Origin: a virus
Reading direction: 5' to 3' (one strand)
Virus record (IMG/VR): IMGVR_UViG_3300021364_001752
Coordinates: 1-64,000 of that record
Length of the DNA: 64,000 nucleotides
A program made the position numbers and the translations under genes. Under the pieces are notes generated by a model. The model was not told where the DNA came from and did not search any database. It was given only the letters and a program-made list of their open reading frames with translations. Within the stretch, counting starts at the first letter, position 1. Each line of letters starts with the position of its first letter. Shown here one piece after another: positions 1 to 10,210 of this stretch.

Positions 1-126
1 GTTCTATTTATTATGTTACAAAACATTTACAAAGTTTTTGATAGACAAAGAGTAAATAGATCTGTAGTATCTAAATTACTACATTTGTGAGCGACGGGGT
101 AAAGCCGTCAAGCAAAGGAGAAAAAA

Positions 127-1092
127 ATGGAAGCACTCACTTTATGGAGCCTGGTTGGGTTCCTTTTCGCTGCATATGCAGTTATAGCCAATGATAGTGT
201 GCAAACTCTCGGCACATGGATGGCATCAAACAACGAGAGATTTAATTGGAAAGTCATGTGGGCCGCAGCAAGTGCGGTTTTATTATGGGCAATTTGGTAT
301 GGATGGTATGTCTATGGTGGAGATATTTCCTATGGAAGACTTAATAAAATTCCATTCCAAGAAGTGCAATGGTATCATGCAATGGCGCCGGCTGTGTTGC
401 TGGTGCTGACTAGAGTCGGAGTGCCAGTGAGCACAAGTTTTCTAGTGTTAAGCGCATTCGCATCTACATTTGTATTAGAAAAGATGTTGATTAAATCAAT
501 GATGGGTTATGTGGTAGCAGCTACCGCGGCCTATGGTATTTGGTTTGCTGTATCACGACTGTTAGATGAAACCAAGCCAGTTCCTGAAGGACAAAAACGT
601 TGGTGGCGTATTGCACAATGGGTATCCACAGGAGGACTTTGGTGGACATGGCTGAGCCATGATATGGCCAACATCGCAGTGTTCTTGCCAAGAGAACTAT
701 CAGTTGATTTAATGATTCTTATCAGTGTAATCTTTGTAGGCGGCCTTTGGTTTATGTTTAGAGAGCGTGGAGGAAAGATCCAGAACATCGTTCTAGAAAA
801 ACACAACACAAGATATGTGCGCAGTGCAACACTGATTGACTTGTTCTATTGGCTGGTGCTTTGGTTCTTCAAAGAACTGAACGATATTCCAATGAGCACT
901 ACATGGGTCTTTGTTGGGTTACTTGCCGGACGTGAGTTTGCCATTGCAAGTTTTACAAACAAAAGAAAGACCAAAAGTGTATTTCCACTAGTAGGTCGAG
1001 ACTTTATGAAAATGATGATAGGACTGAGTGCTTCATTAGCAATTGTCCTGCTTATCCATTATGTTATTGTTCCTAACAATATAGGATTATAA
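127..1092 (+). CDS. Multi-pass membrane protein, PiT/PHO4-like inorganic phosphate transporter-related
   Basis: About 10 hydrophobic helices; duplicated PiT-like motifs ANDSVQT..GVPVSTS and HDMANIA..IPMSTT; AGGAG SD. Confidence 0.6.
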   Translation: MEALTLWSLVGFLFAAYAVIANDSVQTLGTWMASNNERFNWKVMWAAASAVLLWAIWYGWYVYGGDISYGRLNKIPFQEVQWYHAMAPAVLLVLTRVGVPVSTSFLVLSAFASTFVLEKMLIKSMMGYVVAATAAYGIWFAVSRLLDETKPVPEGQKRWWRIAQWVSTGGLWWTWLSHDMANIAVFLPRELSVDLMILISVIFVGGLWFMFRERGGKIQNIVLEKHNTRYVRSATLIDLFYWLVLWFFKELNDIPMSTTWVFVGLLAGREFAIASFTNKRKTKSVFPLVGRDFMKMMIGLSASLAIVLLIHYVIVPNNIGL

Positions 1093-1098
1093 TATAGG

Positions 1099-1127
1099 TT
1101 GACAATGCAATCCTACGATGCTATAAT
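1099..1127 (+). promoter_or_regulatory. sigma70-type (early) promoter embedded in an inverted repeat
   Basis: TTGACA-17nt-TATAAT; CAATCCTACGAT/ATCGTAGGATTG arms overlap the spacer and -10. Confidence 0.8.
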
Positions 1128-1172
1128 CGTAGGATTGTAGTCAACAGAACATTACAATGAGGAAATAAAACT

Positions 1173-1712
1173 ATGATTGAAGGATTTAGACCACCTTGCG
1201 TGGTTTTCCGCACACGGGTAAGAGATGAAAGTATCGAAGGACCTAATCCCTATCGTTGGCAAGATGTAACCAGCGATGAAATATTCAAAGGCAAACGTGT
1301 TGTGTTGTTTAGCCTGCCGGGTGCATTCACACCGACATGCTCAACATATCAACTACCCGGCTTTGAAGAAAACTACGATAGAATTCGTAACAATGACATA
1401 GATGAAGTGTATTGCATATCAGTCAATGATGCATTTGTTATGAACGCTTGGGCAAAGAACCAAGACATCCAGCACGTAAAAGTTATTCCAGATGGTTCTG
1501 GTAACTTTACTCGTTACATGGGTATGCTGATTGGAAAGAACCATTTGGGTTTTGGCATGCGCAGTTGGAGATACATGTGCATTATCAATGATGGTGTAGT
1601 TGAGAAGTGGTGGCAGGAGCCTGGCATCAACAACAACGGAGAGGACGATGATCCTTACGAACAAACTACGCCAGAAAATTGTTGTGCATATTTAGAAAAA
1701 GGGTTAACCTAA
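1173..1712 (+). CDS. Peroxiredoxin (Prx5/redoxin family)
   Basis: LPGAFTPTCS peroxidatic motif, SVNDAFVMNAW, GMRSWRY. Confidence 0.95.
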   Translation: MIEGFRPPCVVFRTRVRDESIEGPNPYRWQDVTSDEIFKGKRVVLFSLPGAFTPTCSTYQLPGFEENYDRIRNNDIDEVYCISVNDAFVMNAWAKNQDIQHVKVIPDGSGNFTRYMGMLIGKNHLGFGMRSWRYMCIINDGVVEKWWQEPGINNNGEDDDPYEQTTPENCCAYLEKGLT

Positions 1713-1723
1713 GTCAACCCTTT
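1696..1723. terminator. Bidirectional intrinsic terminator between convergent genes
   Basis: AAAAAGGGTTAAC-CTAA-GTCAACCCTTT; longer U-tract on the minus strand. Confidence 0.7.
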
Positions 1724-1787
1724 CAATTAAAACAGTCAGGTCATAGACCTCGTGTTGCGGCGGAATACGCACGAGCAGGGCCAATGG

Positions 1788-2549
1788 TTAGCCCTGCATG
1801 TTTTTTTCAATATTAGAAATGTAATCGCCTATGTTATGGTCTGAAAAACTGTCAATGCTCTTGTTTTTTAAACCCATCAAATAACCTTGAAACTTGTCTT
1901 TGATGCGTTGCATTGGAGTCATTGTTCTTTCTATTCCGTTGCAATCCATATAGTGCTCATGTCCGTCGTGGACGTATCCCATTATTCTCAGTGGCACAGT
2001 GGTTACAATATCATTGTTGTTTACCCAACGGTGATGTTTACAACCTAGATTTTTTACAAATTTGCGCCAACCAACACGTGGTGAACCGTATGTGTAAACT
2101 TCTTCGATGTTAGGCATCTCATTATCTGCTTCACAACGGCTTGCCATAATGGTTGTCATGGCTGCACCAAGGCTATGCCCAGTGAACCATACTGTGACAT
2201 GTGAATTATCCTTGTCAAGCAGATCTTCTTTGACCATAGGCCACAGTTCGTCTACTTCCTTTTTGAAACCCATATGCACTCTACCCACAGTCTCTGCTAT
2301 GACAGGAGCAGCCTTTAGGTCTGCTGCAATATCATTGAATTGTGTGGGTTCTGTTCCACGACATGCGATTACCATGTCTGTATCGTTTTGAAATCTATAT
2401 GCTTGAGCTCCTCCGAGATCGTAAAACTCACACTCTTTGAATCCTAATGCTTTACCATCTTTGGCAGCAGCCTTTGGACCTTTATAAGCAATTTGTGAAA
2501 GTTTTGCGAACAGCAGACTACGCTCATAAAAAGTCATGTCTTTGATCAT
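1788..2549 (-). CDS. Lipase class 3 (alpha/beta hydrolase)
   Basis: CRGTE, FTGHSLGAA nucleophile elbow, YTYGSPRVG, NNNDIV, DH. Confidence 0.9.
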   Translation of the reverse strand: MIKDMTFYERSLLFAKLSQIAYKGPKAAAKDGKALGFKECEFYDLGGAQAYRFQNDTDMVIACRGTEPTQFNDIAADLKAAPVIAETVGRVHMGFKKEVDELWPMVKEDLLDKDNSHVTVWFTGHSLGAAMTTIMASRCEADNEMPNIEEVYTYGSPRVGWRKFVKNLGCKHHRWVNNNDIVTTVPLRIMGYVHDGHEHYMDCNGIERTMTPMQRIKDKFQGYLMGLKNKSIDSFSDHNIGDYISNIEKNMQG

Positions 2550-2617
2550 ATATTTGCCCTTCAGTTGTAAAACTATTTAGTCTTTTGAATTACTAAATAC
2601 AAACAAGGAAAGACATT

Positions 2618-2869
2618 ATGAGAAAACGCACAAGAAGTATATTAGAAGAACTCAACAATCTGCATAGTGCAGATCGTGGCGATGACTTTATTCAAACAAC
2701 AGGCACTAATATTATTGAAAGTGCTGTTAATCTTATAGAAAAAATTTATAAAACCTATGATACCGAACAGGCAATAGATCTAGAACGTAGACTGCTCAAT
2801 AGTATTCGAGCAGGCAGCAGTAAAAAATTCAAAGTGGGCGTTGAAAAAATCAAAGAGAGTAAACGTTAA
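2618..2869 (+). CDS. Conserved phage hypothetical protein
   Basis: CTAAATA late promoter and AAGGA SD upstream; coupled to next ORF. Confidence 0.7.
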   Translation: MRKRTRSILEELNNLHSADRGDDFIQTTGTNIIESAVNLIEKIYKTYDTEQAIDLERRLLNSIRAGSSKKFKVGVEKIKESKR

Positions 2870-3738
2870 TGAACTTTATACAAGAGCTGCAAGAGGCTAG
2901 ATTAACACGCAACAGCAATAATCAACGTGAATTAACTTATACCGATTGCAAAGAGCGAGCATATCTGTTGATGCTGATGCTGCAAACCATGCGTCAATAT
3001 AGGCAATATCGTGGTGCAGCCGCAAGTTATGCCCAAAGAACAGTTATGTATCGCGATTATACAAGATTTAGAATCGACAGCACTGATCTATACAACTTCT
3101 TTTATTTTATAACTGGAGATAAAGACGCATTAAGCAAACTTAAAAATCCAGGTGCAGCTGAAAAAGAACGTAGAACAACTATTATCAGTCAAGGTAATTT
3201 AAACGGTTTGTTGAGAAGAATGGGCAGCAATGATTCGCCTTCCAAACAAGACACTGTTGATTTAAAACGATTAGAAGATGACTTGGGAATACGCAATGGA
3301 GATTATAAAACACTGCGTAGACGTCTTAGCACATTTTCAACTGATACACAAAGTGAACGCAAGACCACAGTCACCAGGCTGATATTTGCTGCAAGAGCAA
3401 AGCTCAGTGACAGTGACTTTATGCCTTTGTTTAGCAAGTTTGCATTGGATAAGAATTTAGAAGACTTTGATGCTACCAATCCAGAACCTACTATCAGCTC
3501 GCCTGATATCAAAAGCGACTTTGATGCAGTCAATTATAGATTCTTATTAAATCCTAGAGCTATACCATATGTGGCAAGGTTTTTAGAAATTGCTAGCAAG
3601 GGAGGAAGTATACCATCTACCTATGTAAGCACATACTTTCCTATTATAAAAATGGTGCATGACATTGTAAAAGCAGGTCCAGTGTATGTAGAACAGCTGA
3701 AAATGGTGCATTCTAGAGCAAAAAATAGCCGTAAGTAA
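2869..3738 (+). CDS. Hypothetical virion-associated protein
   Basis: N-terminus MNFIQELQEA resembles T4 capsid-targeting-like signal; late operon. Confidence 0.6.
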   Translation: MNFIQELQEARLTRNSNNQRELTYTDCKERAYLLMLMLQTMRQYRQYRGAAASYAQRTVMYRDYTRFRIDSTDLYNFFYFITGDKDALSKLKNPGAAEKERRTTIISQGNLNGLLRRMGSNDSPSKQDTVDLKRLEDDLGIRNGDYKTLRRRLSTFSTDTQSERKTTVTRLIFAARAKLSDSDFMPLFSKFALDKNLEDFDATNPEPTISSPDIKSDFDAVNYRFLLNPRAIPYVARFLEIASKGGSIPSTYVSTYFPIIKMVHDIVKAGPVYVEQLKMVHSRAKNSRK

Positions 3739-3822
3739 CCGTTTTTTTCCTAAAAGACTAAATACAATATACAAAAGTCCACAGAGTGTGGGCAGTCATT
3801 TAGAGATATTAAGGAGAAAAAA

Positions 3823-4188
3823 ATGGCAGAGGTAACAAGAGTAAATCCAACAGCAGTAGCTCGCGGAACAATCCAAAAAACACGTGAACTTAATATGTTC
3901 AAAGTCGTTCTAGCAGGCGGCAACGGTCTAGGTGCAATGGGCACAGACGCAGCCGCAGCTAAAGTAACAGATGCTTGTGGTTCATTCGCAGGTCTATTCC
4001 AAGTGAAATCAGACGGTAGCGAACTATACATGGTAGCAGACAACCATGGTGTTGATGCTGATGCAATTGCAACAACTATTGCACAGGTGCTAGACACAGG
4101 CGCATTTACAGTAACAGGTGGTGAAGCAACACTATCAGATGGCGACACTGTAACAGTTACAGAAGTAACAGACTTCGAAACTATCTAA
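3823..4188 (+). CDS. Small probable structural protein
   Basis: Own CTAAATA promoter (3758), 5' hairpin, strong SD TAAGGAG, biased codons, terminator after. Confidence 0.6.
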   Translation: MAEVTRVNPTAVARGTIQKTRELNMFKVVLAGGNGLGAMGTDAAAAKVTDACGSFAGLFQVKSDGSELYMVADNHGVDADAIATTIAQVLDTGAFTVTGGEATLSDGDTVTVTEVTDFETI

Positions 4189-4209
4189 GTTTAGATACTA
4201 TAAAAAATT

Positions 4210-4240
4210 AAAGCGTCACTTTTACAGTGGCGCTTTTTTT
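4210..4240 (+). terminator. Rho-independent terminator
   Basis: AAAGCGTCACT-TTTAC-AGTGGCGCTTTTTTT. Confidence 0.85.
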
Positions 4241-4257
4241 ATGGCTGTAAATAACAT

Positions 4258-4821
4258 ATGCGTTACTTGCCTGAACACAGTGTTACTTTTATACACAATC
4301 CTAAAACAGCCGGAACCAGTATCAGTCAGTGGCTGGATGATAACTTCAAAACTGTTGCAGGACGCAAGCATGGAAATTATGAGGAAGTTCAAAACTATTT
4401 TCCAGACACAGTTTACACTTTTGGCGTTGTGCGTAATCCTTGGAGCAGACTGGTAAGCTGGTATAAATTTAGAGGACAAGGAGCAGGCACATTTGAAGAA
4501 TGGTTTTGGGACAGATATTCAGCTGCTCAACACAATGCACTAGGTTTCAACAGCAATTTAATCTGGGCAAGGAATTGGTATACACTGATAACTCCACAAT
4601 GCAATTGGTTTGATGACGAAACAGTGGTGTTAAAATTTGAAGAATTAGAAACTGATTTTGGAATCATACAAGAAAAATTACAGTGTAAACTAGATCTACC
4701 AAATACAAATAACACTCCTGTTGATGATTATACACAATATTATAATAGAGACCTGGCCGAAACTGTAAGAGATATATATTTAGATGATGTAATAAAGTTT
4801 GGATATGAGTTTGGAATTTGA
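4258..4821 (+). CDS. Sulfotransferase family 2 protein
   Basis: FIHNPKTAGTSI (5'-PSB) and VRNPWSRLVSWY (3'-PB) PAPS-binding motifs. Confidence 0.85.
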   Translation: MRYLPEHSVTFIHNPKTAGTSISQWLDDNFKTVAGRKHGNYEEVQNYFPDTVYTFGVVRNPWSRLVSWYKFRGQGAGTFEEWFWDRYSAAQHNALGFNSNLIWARNWYTLITPQCNWFDDETVVLKFEELETDFGIIQEKLQCKLDLPNTNNTPVDDYTQYYNRDLAETVRDIYLDDVIKFGYEFGI

Positions 4822-5173
4822 ATTATATACCACAGTTGACATAACTAACACAAAAGCTCGTAAAGGAGCAGACCCTAAGGCATACAGGCAATACCAAAAC
4901 TATATGACTGTATTGCAAACAATAGGCATGCGCAGCAATCCTACGGTAACCAAAGACCCTGTTAAAACCACCCACAAAAACTTTCCTGATCAAAATGTAT
5001 GGTATTTAGGATTTAGCATTGAATACGAGCAAGGACACAGCCTTGATTTATTGAATAATGATTTTAATTTGGTTCCATTTATAAGTGGATTAGACGAAAC
5101 AGCTGAATTTAATGATACAGTGTTTATTACAAAAGGTGGTAAACAAAATATTCTTTTCATTGAAAAAGAATAA
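4805..5173 (+). CDS. Conserved phage hypothetical protein
   Basis: ORF overlapping the upstream stop; start uncertain (4799 or 4805). Confidence 0.6.
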   Translation: MSLEFELYTTVDITNTKARKGADPKAYRQYQNYMTVLQTIGMRSNPTVTKDPVKTTHKNFPDQNVWYLGFSIEYEQGHSLDLLNNDFNLVPFISGLDETAEFNDTVFITKGGKQNILFIEKE

Positions 5174-5254
5174 ATACAAGCAGCTCTATGAGCTTAGGCA
5201 TTTATTTTAGGTAACGAAAAGGCTATTTCCTGTCGTAAACAATTGGAGAAATAA

Positions 5255-5488
5255 ATGTCGACATCTGCATTAGAAAAAGAAAGTTTAGAAGCACACGTTG
5301 ATTTGTGTGCGTTACGTTATGAACAATTTGATAAACGTTTAACTTCGGTCGAATCCAAGTTAGATGATATTGCAGATCAAATGTCACAAGGACAAAGCAG
5401 CCTAGTAAAAGTCATTATTGGTGCAGCAGGAACAATTGTTGCAGGACTACTTTCAACTATTGTCGTTATTTTATTACAGGTTAACTAA
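5255..5488 (+). CDS. Coiled-coil protein with C-terminal TM helix (holin/XhlA-like topology)
   Basis: Heptad region RLTSVESKLDDI followed by hydrophobic C-terminus; GGAG SD. Confidence 0.55.
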   Translation: MSTSALEKESLEAHVDLCALRYEQFDKRLTSVESKLDDIADQMSQGQSSLVKVIIGAAGTIVAGLLSTIVVILLQVN

Positions 5489-5489
5489 C

Positions 5490-5774
5490 ATGAATTTAAG
5501 AGAGCTTTTTACTGATATCAATGATGATCTATACGAAAGACAAGTTTGGGGCAAAAGCGGCAACAAGGTTGTCCGTAAATTCCGCTGCACTAGCGGACCA
5601 AGAAAAGGCAGAGCAGTTGCACAAATGGCACAATGCTTTGCAGCACCTGATATTAAAAAACGTGTAAAATTAAAATTGACAAAAGCTCGCCTAGGTGCTA
5701 AAATGGCAAGAAAAGCCAAAAAGACCAAAAGAGTAAATCCAGCAAGCGTTAGAGTAAAGGCACTAAACAGATGA
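5490..5774 (+). CDS. Basic head/prohead-core-like protein
   Basis: Start re-called at MNLRELF; very K/R-rich C-terminal half; head-gene neighbourhood. Confidence 0.45.
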   Translation: MNLRELFTDINDDLYERQVWGKSGNKVVRKFRCTSGPRKGRAVAQMAQCFAAPDIKKRVKLKLTKARLGAKMARKAKKTKRVNPASVRVKALNR

Positions 5775-6598
5775 GATTCGAGGAGATAATGGAAAGGGGG
5801 CAAGACCCTGACCAGCAACGTCCGCCACGCCGTGGAATGGATCCATCTACCTACAACGATAAAGACACGAAGCCTGGTAACACTAGATCTATAGATGACA
5901 TACTTAGAGATTTAGAAGCAGAGTATGGAACAGGAGATGAATTTTTGCCTCCTGAGGCAGGTGATATCGGAGCAGCCACAGTGCCTAGCGAACCGAGCAC
6001 TCAAGGATTTCCAGGCGTTCCTTTTCCTGATCCAGAACCAAAAGATCCAGACCCTGCGCCTGATCCTAGTCAAACACCTCCGCCACCTGACCCAGCAATG
6101 GAACCAGATGATGGCGATATTCCCCCGGAGCCAGAGCCAGAACCACAGCCGCCTGAAATGCCGGATCCAATGGATGACTTGCTAGGTCCAGACGAACCAG
6201 ACGTTCCACCAGCACCAGAGCCCGATCCTGAACCAGATCCTGAACCAGGCAGTGACGAAGGTCCTACACCTGATCCATTAACACCAGGGGACGATGTGCA
6301 AGCTGAGCCAGAAGTTGATCCTGGCACACCCCCAGAAGATGTTGCAGCAGATGCAGTAGCCAAAGGCACAGGCGAGCAAGGGCAATCAGAAGTCAAAGGC
6401 GGAGAAGAAGCACCACCTTACACAAAGAAAAGAACGTTAAGCAGCACAGGCACTACCACAAACGTGGGTGTTAGCCGGGCAGAAAAAGGTAATCAAACTT
6501 ATGTAATTGCAGACGTTACTGGCGATTCTGCTAAAATCTATGGCGACGAAGAGGCCCTGCGCCAGTATTACCCAGATGCGGAGATATATCGTGACTAA
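5771..6598 (+). CDS. Pro/Asp/Glu-rich low-complexity protein
   Basis: PEPDP repeats; MRFEEIME N-terminus. Confidence 0.7.
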   Translation: MRFEEIMERGQDPDQQRPPRRGMDPSTYNDKDTKPGNTRSIDDILRDLEAEYGTGDEFLPPEAGDIGAATVPSEPSTQGFPGVPFPDPEPKDPDPAPDPSQTPPPPDPAMEPDDGDIPPEPEPEPQPPEMPDPMDDLLGPDEPDVPPAPEPDPEPDPEPGSDEGPTPDPLTPGDDVQAEPEVDPGTPPEDVAADAVAKGTGEQGQSEVKGGEEAPPYTKKRTLSSTGTTTNVGVSRAEKGNQTYVIADVTGDSAKIYGDEEALRQYYPDAEIYRD

Positions 6599-6905
6599 AT
6601 CAGCAACAGAACTTTTAAGAGCCTATTCAGACATACTAGCCGAACAGCCTACCATGCCAAATACTGGGCAACAAATGGGTGCCAAAGCAGATGCACAAAT
6701 TGCAGCTCAACAACAAGCAAATCCTAATCAACCTCAGTCACCTGAACAACAGCGTCAACAACAAATGCAACAACAGCAGGATGCTGAACAACAAAAAAGA
6801 GATCAGCAAACTAATTTAAGGATGCAAATCAAACAAGCACAGGATGCTGAAAGGCAAGCCCGTGAGCAAATAGCAGTATTACAAAAACAACTAGCAGAAT
6901 TGTAA
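6591..6905 (+). CDS. Gln-rich coiled-coil protein
   Basis: Probable GTG start after GGAG SD; poly-Q and heptad C-terminus. Confidence 0.6.
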   Translation: MTKSATELLRAYSDILAEQPTMPNTGQQMGAKADAQIAAQQQANPNQPQSPEQQRQQQMQQQQDAEQQKRDQQTNLRMQIKQAQDAERQAREQIAVLQKQLAEL

Positions 6906-6914
6906 GGAGTTGTT

Positions 6915-9788
6915 GTGCGTCTTCGTCAATTATATACAGAACAAACATTAACACTAAAACAAGCTCTCAAAGCATACGCCAAAGAAGTGTATGGATCTGG
7001 CATGATGACAATATATCCAGAAGCTCTAGTCGGCGGTTTGCTCTACAGTCTGGATCCTGTAGATTTTACTAGTAAATGGCAAGAAGGTATAAATGCAATG
7101 ACCTCTCTAGAAGACGGCAGATATATTTCAGATAAATTAGATGTTGACCGTATAGTTAAAATTTTGCAAGATGCAGATAACAAGCCAGGTTCTGATTTTC
7201 ATAGGTGGGCCAGCAGGTGGTATGCATTGGATGACCCTAGCAAAAACAAAGCAGTTGATAACTGGAAAAAAGCCATTAAAGACAAGACTGAGTTTGACTT
7301 AGATGCCTATAGAAAAGCTGGAATACGATCATATGGAGGAACATCTGGATCTGATGACTCAGATGAACCATCATCATCTGCACCTGATTATATTCCAATA
7401 AATCCTGATGCAGCAAAGTTTACTAAACCGGCATCGGAATATTCCAACAAGCCGCTAACTCCTCAAGTGATTGCAAACGGGACATGGACCCCTGACGAAA
7501 TTCCACCTCCGCAGCCAATTATTCCTGAACAAAAAACTGGCGAATTTTACTTTGGAGATGAGTTTGCGGGAGATTGGAAATATTCACAGTTTGCCAAGCT
7601 GGCTGTAGGTGTTGCCCTCACAGGTGACACTAGATTATTTAATCGCCAGACAAAGCAGGATTGGTATTTCGAAGATTTTCTTGCTTCATATCCAGGTAAT
7701 ATAGATATCAATCATGGCATTAACCAATACAACAGGACATCAAGATATGACGGCGGCGGATCTAAATGGGAAAATGGATTATTATATTATTTAAATGACC
7801 TGACTGATATCCCTAGGTATATGAGAATACTTCCTGATATGATACAAACCGTGAAGGAAAATTACAAAGCAGCACAAGAGGCTGCTGCTAGAGGCGACAA
7901 GTCTAAGATACAAAAACCCAAAAGATATGCTGCACCATCTAGACCAGGGGAAGTTTCGAATTTTGGTAAAGATCATTGGGTAACATTCAACATGAGTGTT
8001 TTTAAAGACAGCCTGCAATTGATGGCAGATCGTGGAATTGCCAGTAAATTGAATACACTAAAAGATCCTATCCTTACACTTGGATTGTTAGGCGATCCAA
8101 GAATGAAAGAAGATATAGACAAAGTTAAGATGATGTATGGTCCTATTGAGGAAATTGACTTTGATGCTATGCCTTATGGGTTTTTAGGTATTTACAGTAT
8201 TAAAAAACCAACACCTAAAGATGATGGCACGATTCCTGATATTGCAATAGGCGGAACACAAATGGGTTTGACCTTGCTTGACAGAGCTTTTGGACTGGAA
8301 CAAACCAGTATATCAAAAACATTAGCACACGAACTTAGACATAGAGCTTTCAATATTATAATGGATATTGAAGAGCTACGCAATATGATGCCAGCAGATC
8401 TTCGTGAAGGTGGAGACTGGTGGGGAAGCTGGGGAGGCTATTACGAGGATAGCAAAACTGATGAAGGTGCCACAGCAGAACATGCAATGCTTTATGCTAT
8501 GGATTGGGGTTTAAACCCCCCTTTAAGGCGAATGGGTTTCTTTGATAATCGTGTGTTTACTACTGAAACCCATCCTATACAGTATTGGCATGACCTTTAT
8601 GAAGAATGCTCTAAAGCTGTTGGGGAATATTTGAAAAAAGTAGGAGCCGGGTTAGTAGATGTGGAAGCCGTCACAATCAATCGTCCTGACACATTTGGCG
8701 ATGATGTCATTACACCGCAGGATACAAGAAATCAAGCATTGTTGAATCTTACTCCGGGCTTGCCCGAATTGTTTAGACATATAGTGCAAACTGATCAATT
8801 GGATGCACTAGAAGCTGTAGAAGATGCAGCCGGTTTTCTTGATATGCTGATAATCGGTTTTGGTGATATTCTTTGGGGCGAAGATGTCAAAGAATATTTA
8901 ATGCCAACTCTTAACAGTCTTGTAGCTGCTACAAAGTATGCAGATTTCAAAGTAGCACTTGCTCAAACAAAAAAATTAAAAAGAATTTTGAATTATGTGC
9001 AAATGTTAAAAGATAGAAATCCTGACTACGGCGGAAAATATTTCAAGCAAAAAGATATAGAAAGGCAGATAGAATTTATAGACAAACACCTTGAAGCATT
9101 GGGTAAATTCAAAGACATAAACAAACTATCTCCATCTTACTTTGCTGCACTGTTAGCGGCTGGAAAAATTGAACCAGCAACACTTGCCGAAGTAAGAGCA
9201 GCAATGCCTTACACCATGTGGGACCTGGCAGATTACAGTGGTTATGATAGAGAACAATTCAAAGATCCAGGTGCTCAGCCACCAGAAAATGTTGGGCTAC
9301 CTAATCCGTTAACACCGCCCGAACCTGATCCAGCCAGCGAACCAGATGACGGCGACTTTGGGCCAGCAGAACCAGAAAAACCAGAAGACACACCAGAACC
9401 CGAGGACGAACCAGAAGATACACCAGAACCCGAGGAGCCACAACGAGGAGACGATCCTGAAGATCTTCCTTACATCTATGATGGAATACCGTTATTTCAT
9501 GTCGGAGGTAAACCTTTGACAGGCAATGAACTCCTCACATCTCAAGCTATTCAAGAAGTTTTAGATTATTTGATAAACTCAGATCTCACAGATGAGTTTG
9601 ACGATTGGGCAGGCACACCATGGCCTGGCAATTATGATATGCGTAAAACAATTGATTACTACAATAAAAACATAGGCGGTAATTCAGATGCAGCCTATAG
9701 AGGCAGCATTGGAGAATATATAGATGACGAACTTGCTGCTAAAATTATACGTAGATACGAAAAAGAAAAAGCAACAAGAGATGTATAA
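6915..9788 (+). CDS. Large putative internal virion protein with HExxH zincin motif
   Basis: TLAHELRHRAF; Pro/acidic linkers; MRLRQLYTE N-terminus; TAAGGAG SD. Confidence 0.55.
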   Translation: MRLRQLYTEQTLTLKQALKAYAKEVYGSGMMTIYPEALVGGLLYSLDPVDFTSKWQEGINAMTSLEDGRYISDKLDVDRIVKILQDADNKPGSDFHRWASRWYALDDPSKNKAVDNWKKAIKDKTEFDLDAYRKAGIRSYGGTSGSDDSDEPSSSAPDYIPINPDAAKFTKPASEYSNKPLTPQVIANGTWTPDEIPPPQPIIPEQKTGEFYFGDEFAGDWKYSQFAKLAVGVALTGDTRLFNRQTKQDWYFEDFLASYPGNIDINHGINQYNRTSRYDGGGSKWENGLLYYLNDLTDIPRYMRILPDMIQTVKENYKAAQEAAARGDKSKIQKPKRYAAPSRPGEVSNFGKDHWVTFNMSVFKDSLQLMADRGIASKLNTLKDPILTLGLLGDPRMKEDIDKVKMMYGPIEEIDFDAMPYGFLGIYSIKKPTPKDDGTIPDIAIGGTQMGLTLLDRAFGLEQTSISKTLAHELRHRAFNIIMDIEELRNMMPADLREGGDWWGSWGGYYEDSKTDEGATAEHAMLYAMDWGLNPPLRRMGFFDNRVFTTETHPIQYWHDLYEECSKAVGEYLKKVGAGLVDVEAVTINRPDTFGDDVITPQDTRNQALLNLTPGLPELFRHIVQTDQLDALEAVEDAAGFLDMLIIGFGDILWGEDVKEYLMPTLNSLVAATKYADFKVALAQTKKLKRILNYVQMLKDRNPDYGGKYFKQKDIERQIEFIDKHLEALGKFKDINKLSPSYFAALLAAGKIEPATLAEVRAAMPYTMWDLADYSGYDREQFKDPGAQPPENVGLPNPLTPPEPDPASEPDDGDFGPAEPEKPEDTPEPEDEPEDTPEPEEPQRGDDPEDLPYIYDGIPLFHVGGKPLTGNELLTSQAIQEVLDYLINSDLTDEFDDWAGTPWPGNYDMRKTIDYYNKNIGGNSDAAYRGSIGEYIDDELAAKIIRRYEKEKATRDV
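9381..9436 (+). repeat. 30-bp tandem coding repeat (PEDTPEPED/E)
   Basis: CCAGAAGA(C/T)ACACCAGAACCCGAGGA twice. Confidence 0.8.
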
Positions 9789-9799
9789 CCTGGTGATTT

Positions 9800-10210
9800 A
9801 TGAACAAACTAGCAACTGAATTACAAAATCTGATAGAATCAGGCAGTAAAAAGTATCCTTTGCCTTATAAAAAAGGTAACAGTATACGTTTAGGTCACGT
9901 AATCATACGTGCAAAGAAAGACGGATTTATACTTTTTGACTGCAAAGAAGGCGCACAAATTTGTATGACAGCCAGCAAGCACGGAGCATTGGCCGCAGCA
10001 AAAACCTATCTTGCAAATCAAGACATAAACAAAGTTTTACGATTGGATCATAGTTACAGTAAACATGATAATGATTGTGCTTTTTATTCTCATACAATCA
10101 AAAAAGCAAAAGATGACTTTAAAAAAGAAATTGCACAAACCAGATTAGATATCAGCGAAGCCGAGCGCAGTGGCTTGGTAAATGATTTAGAGGCTATCAT
10201 CTTTAATTAA
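9800..10210 (+). CDS. Conserved phage hypothetical protein
   Basis: 136-aa ORF in operon. Confidence 0.65.
   Translation: MNKLATELQNLIESGSKKYPLPYKKGNSIRLGHVIIRAKKDGFILFDCKEGAQICMTASKHGALAAAKTYLANQDINKVLRLDHSYSKHDNDCAFYSHTIKKAKDDFKKEIAQTRLDISEAERSGLVNDLEAIIFN

Noticed and set aside
1704-1787. Stop-codon read-through of the lipase (27 open codons after TAA)
   Set aside because: Open stretch is short enough to arise by chance and there is no recoding signal
6070-6396. Gly/Ser-rich minus-strand ORF and the many similar short antisense or nested ORFs in the track
   Set aside because: Mirror frames of well-supported plus-strand genes
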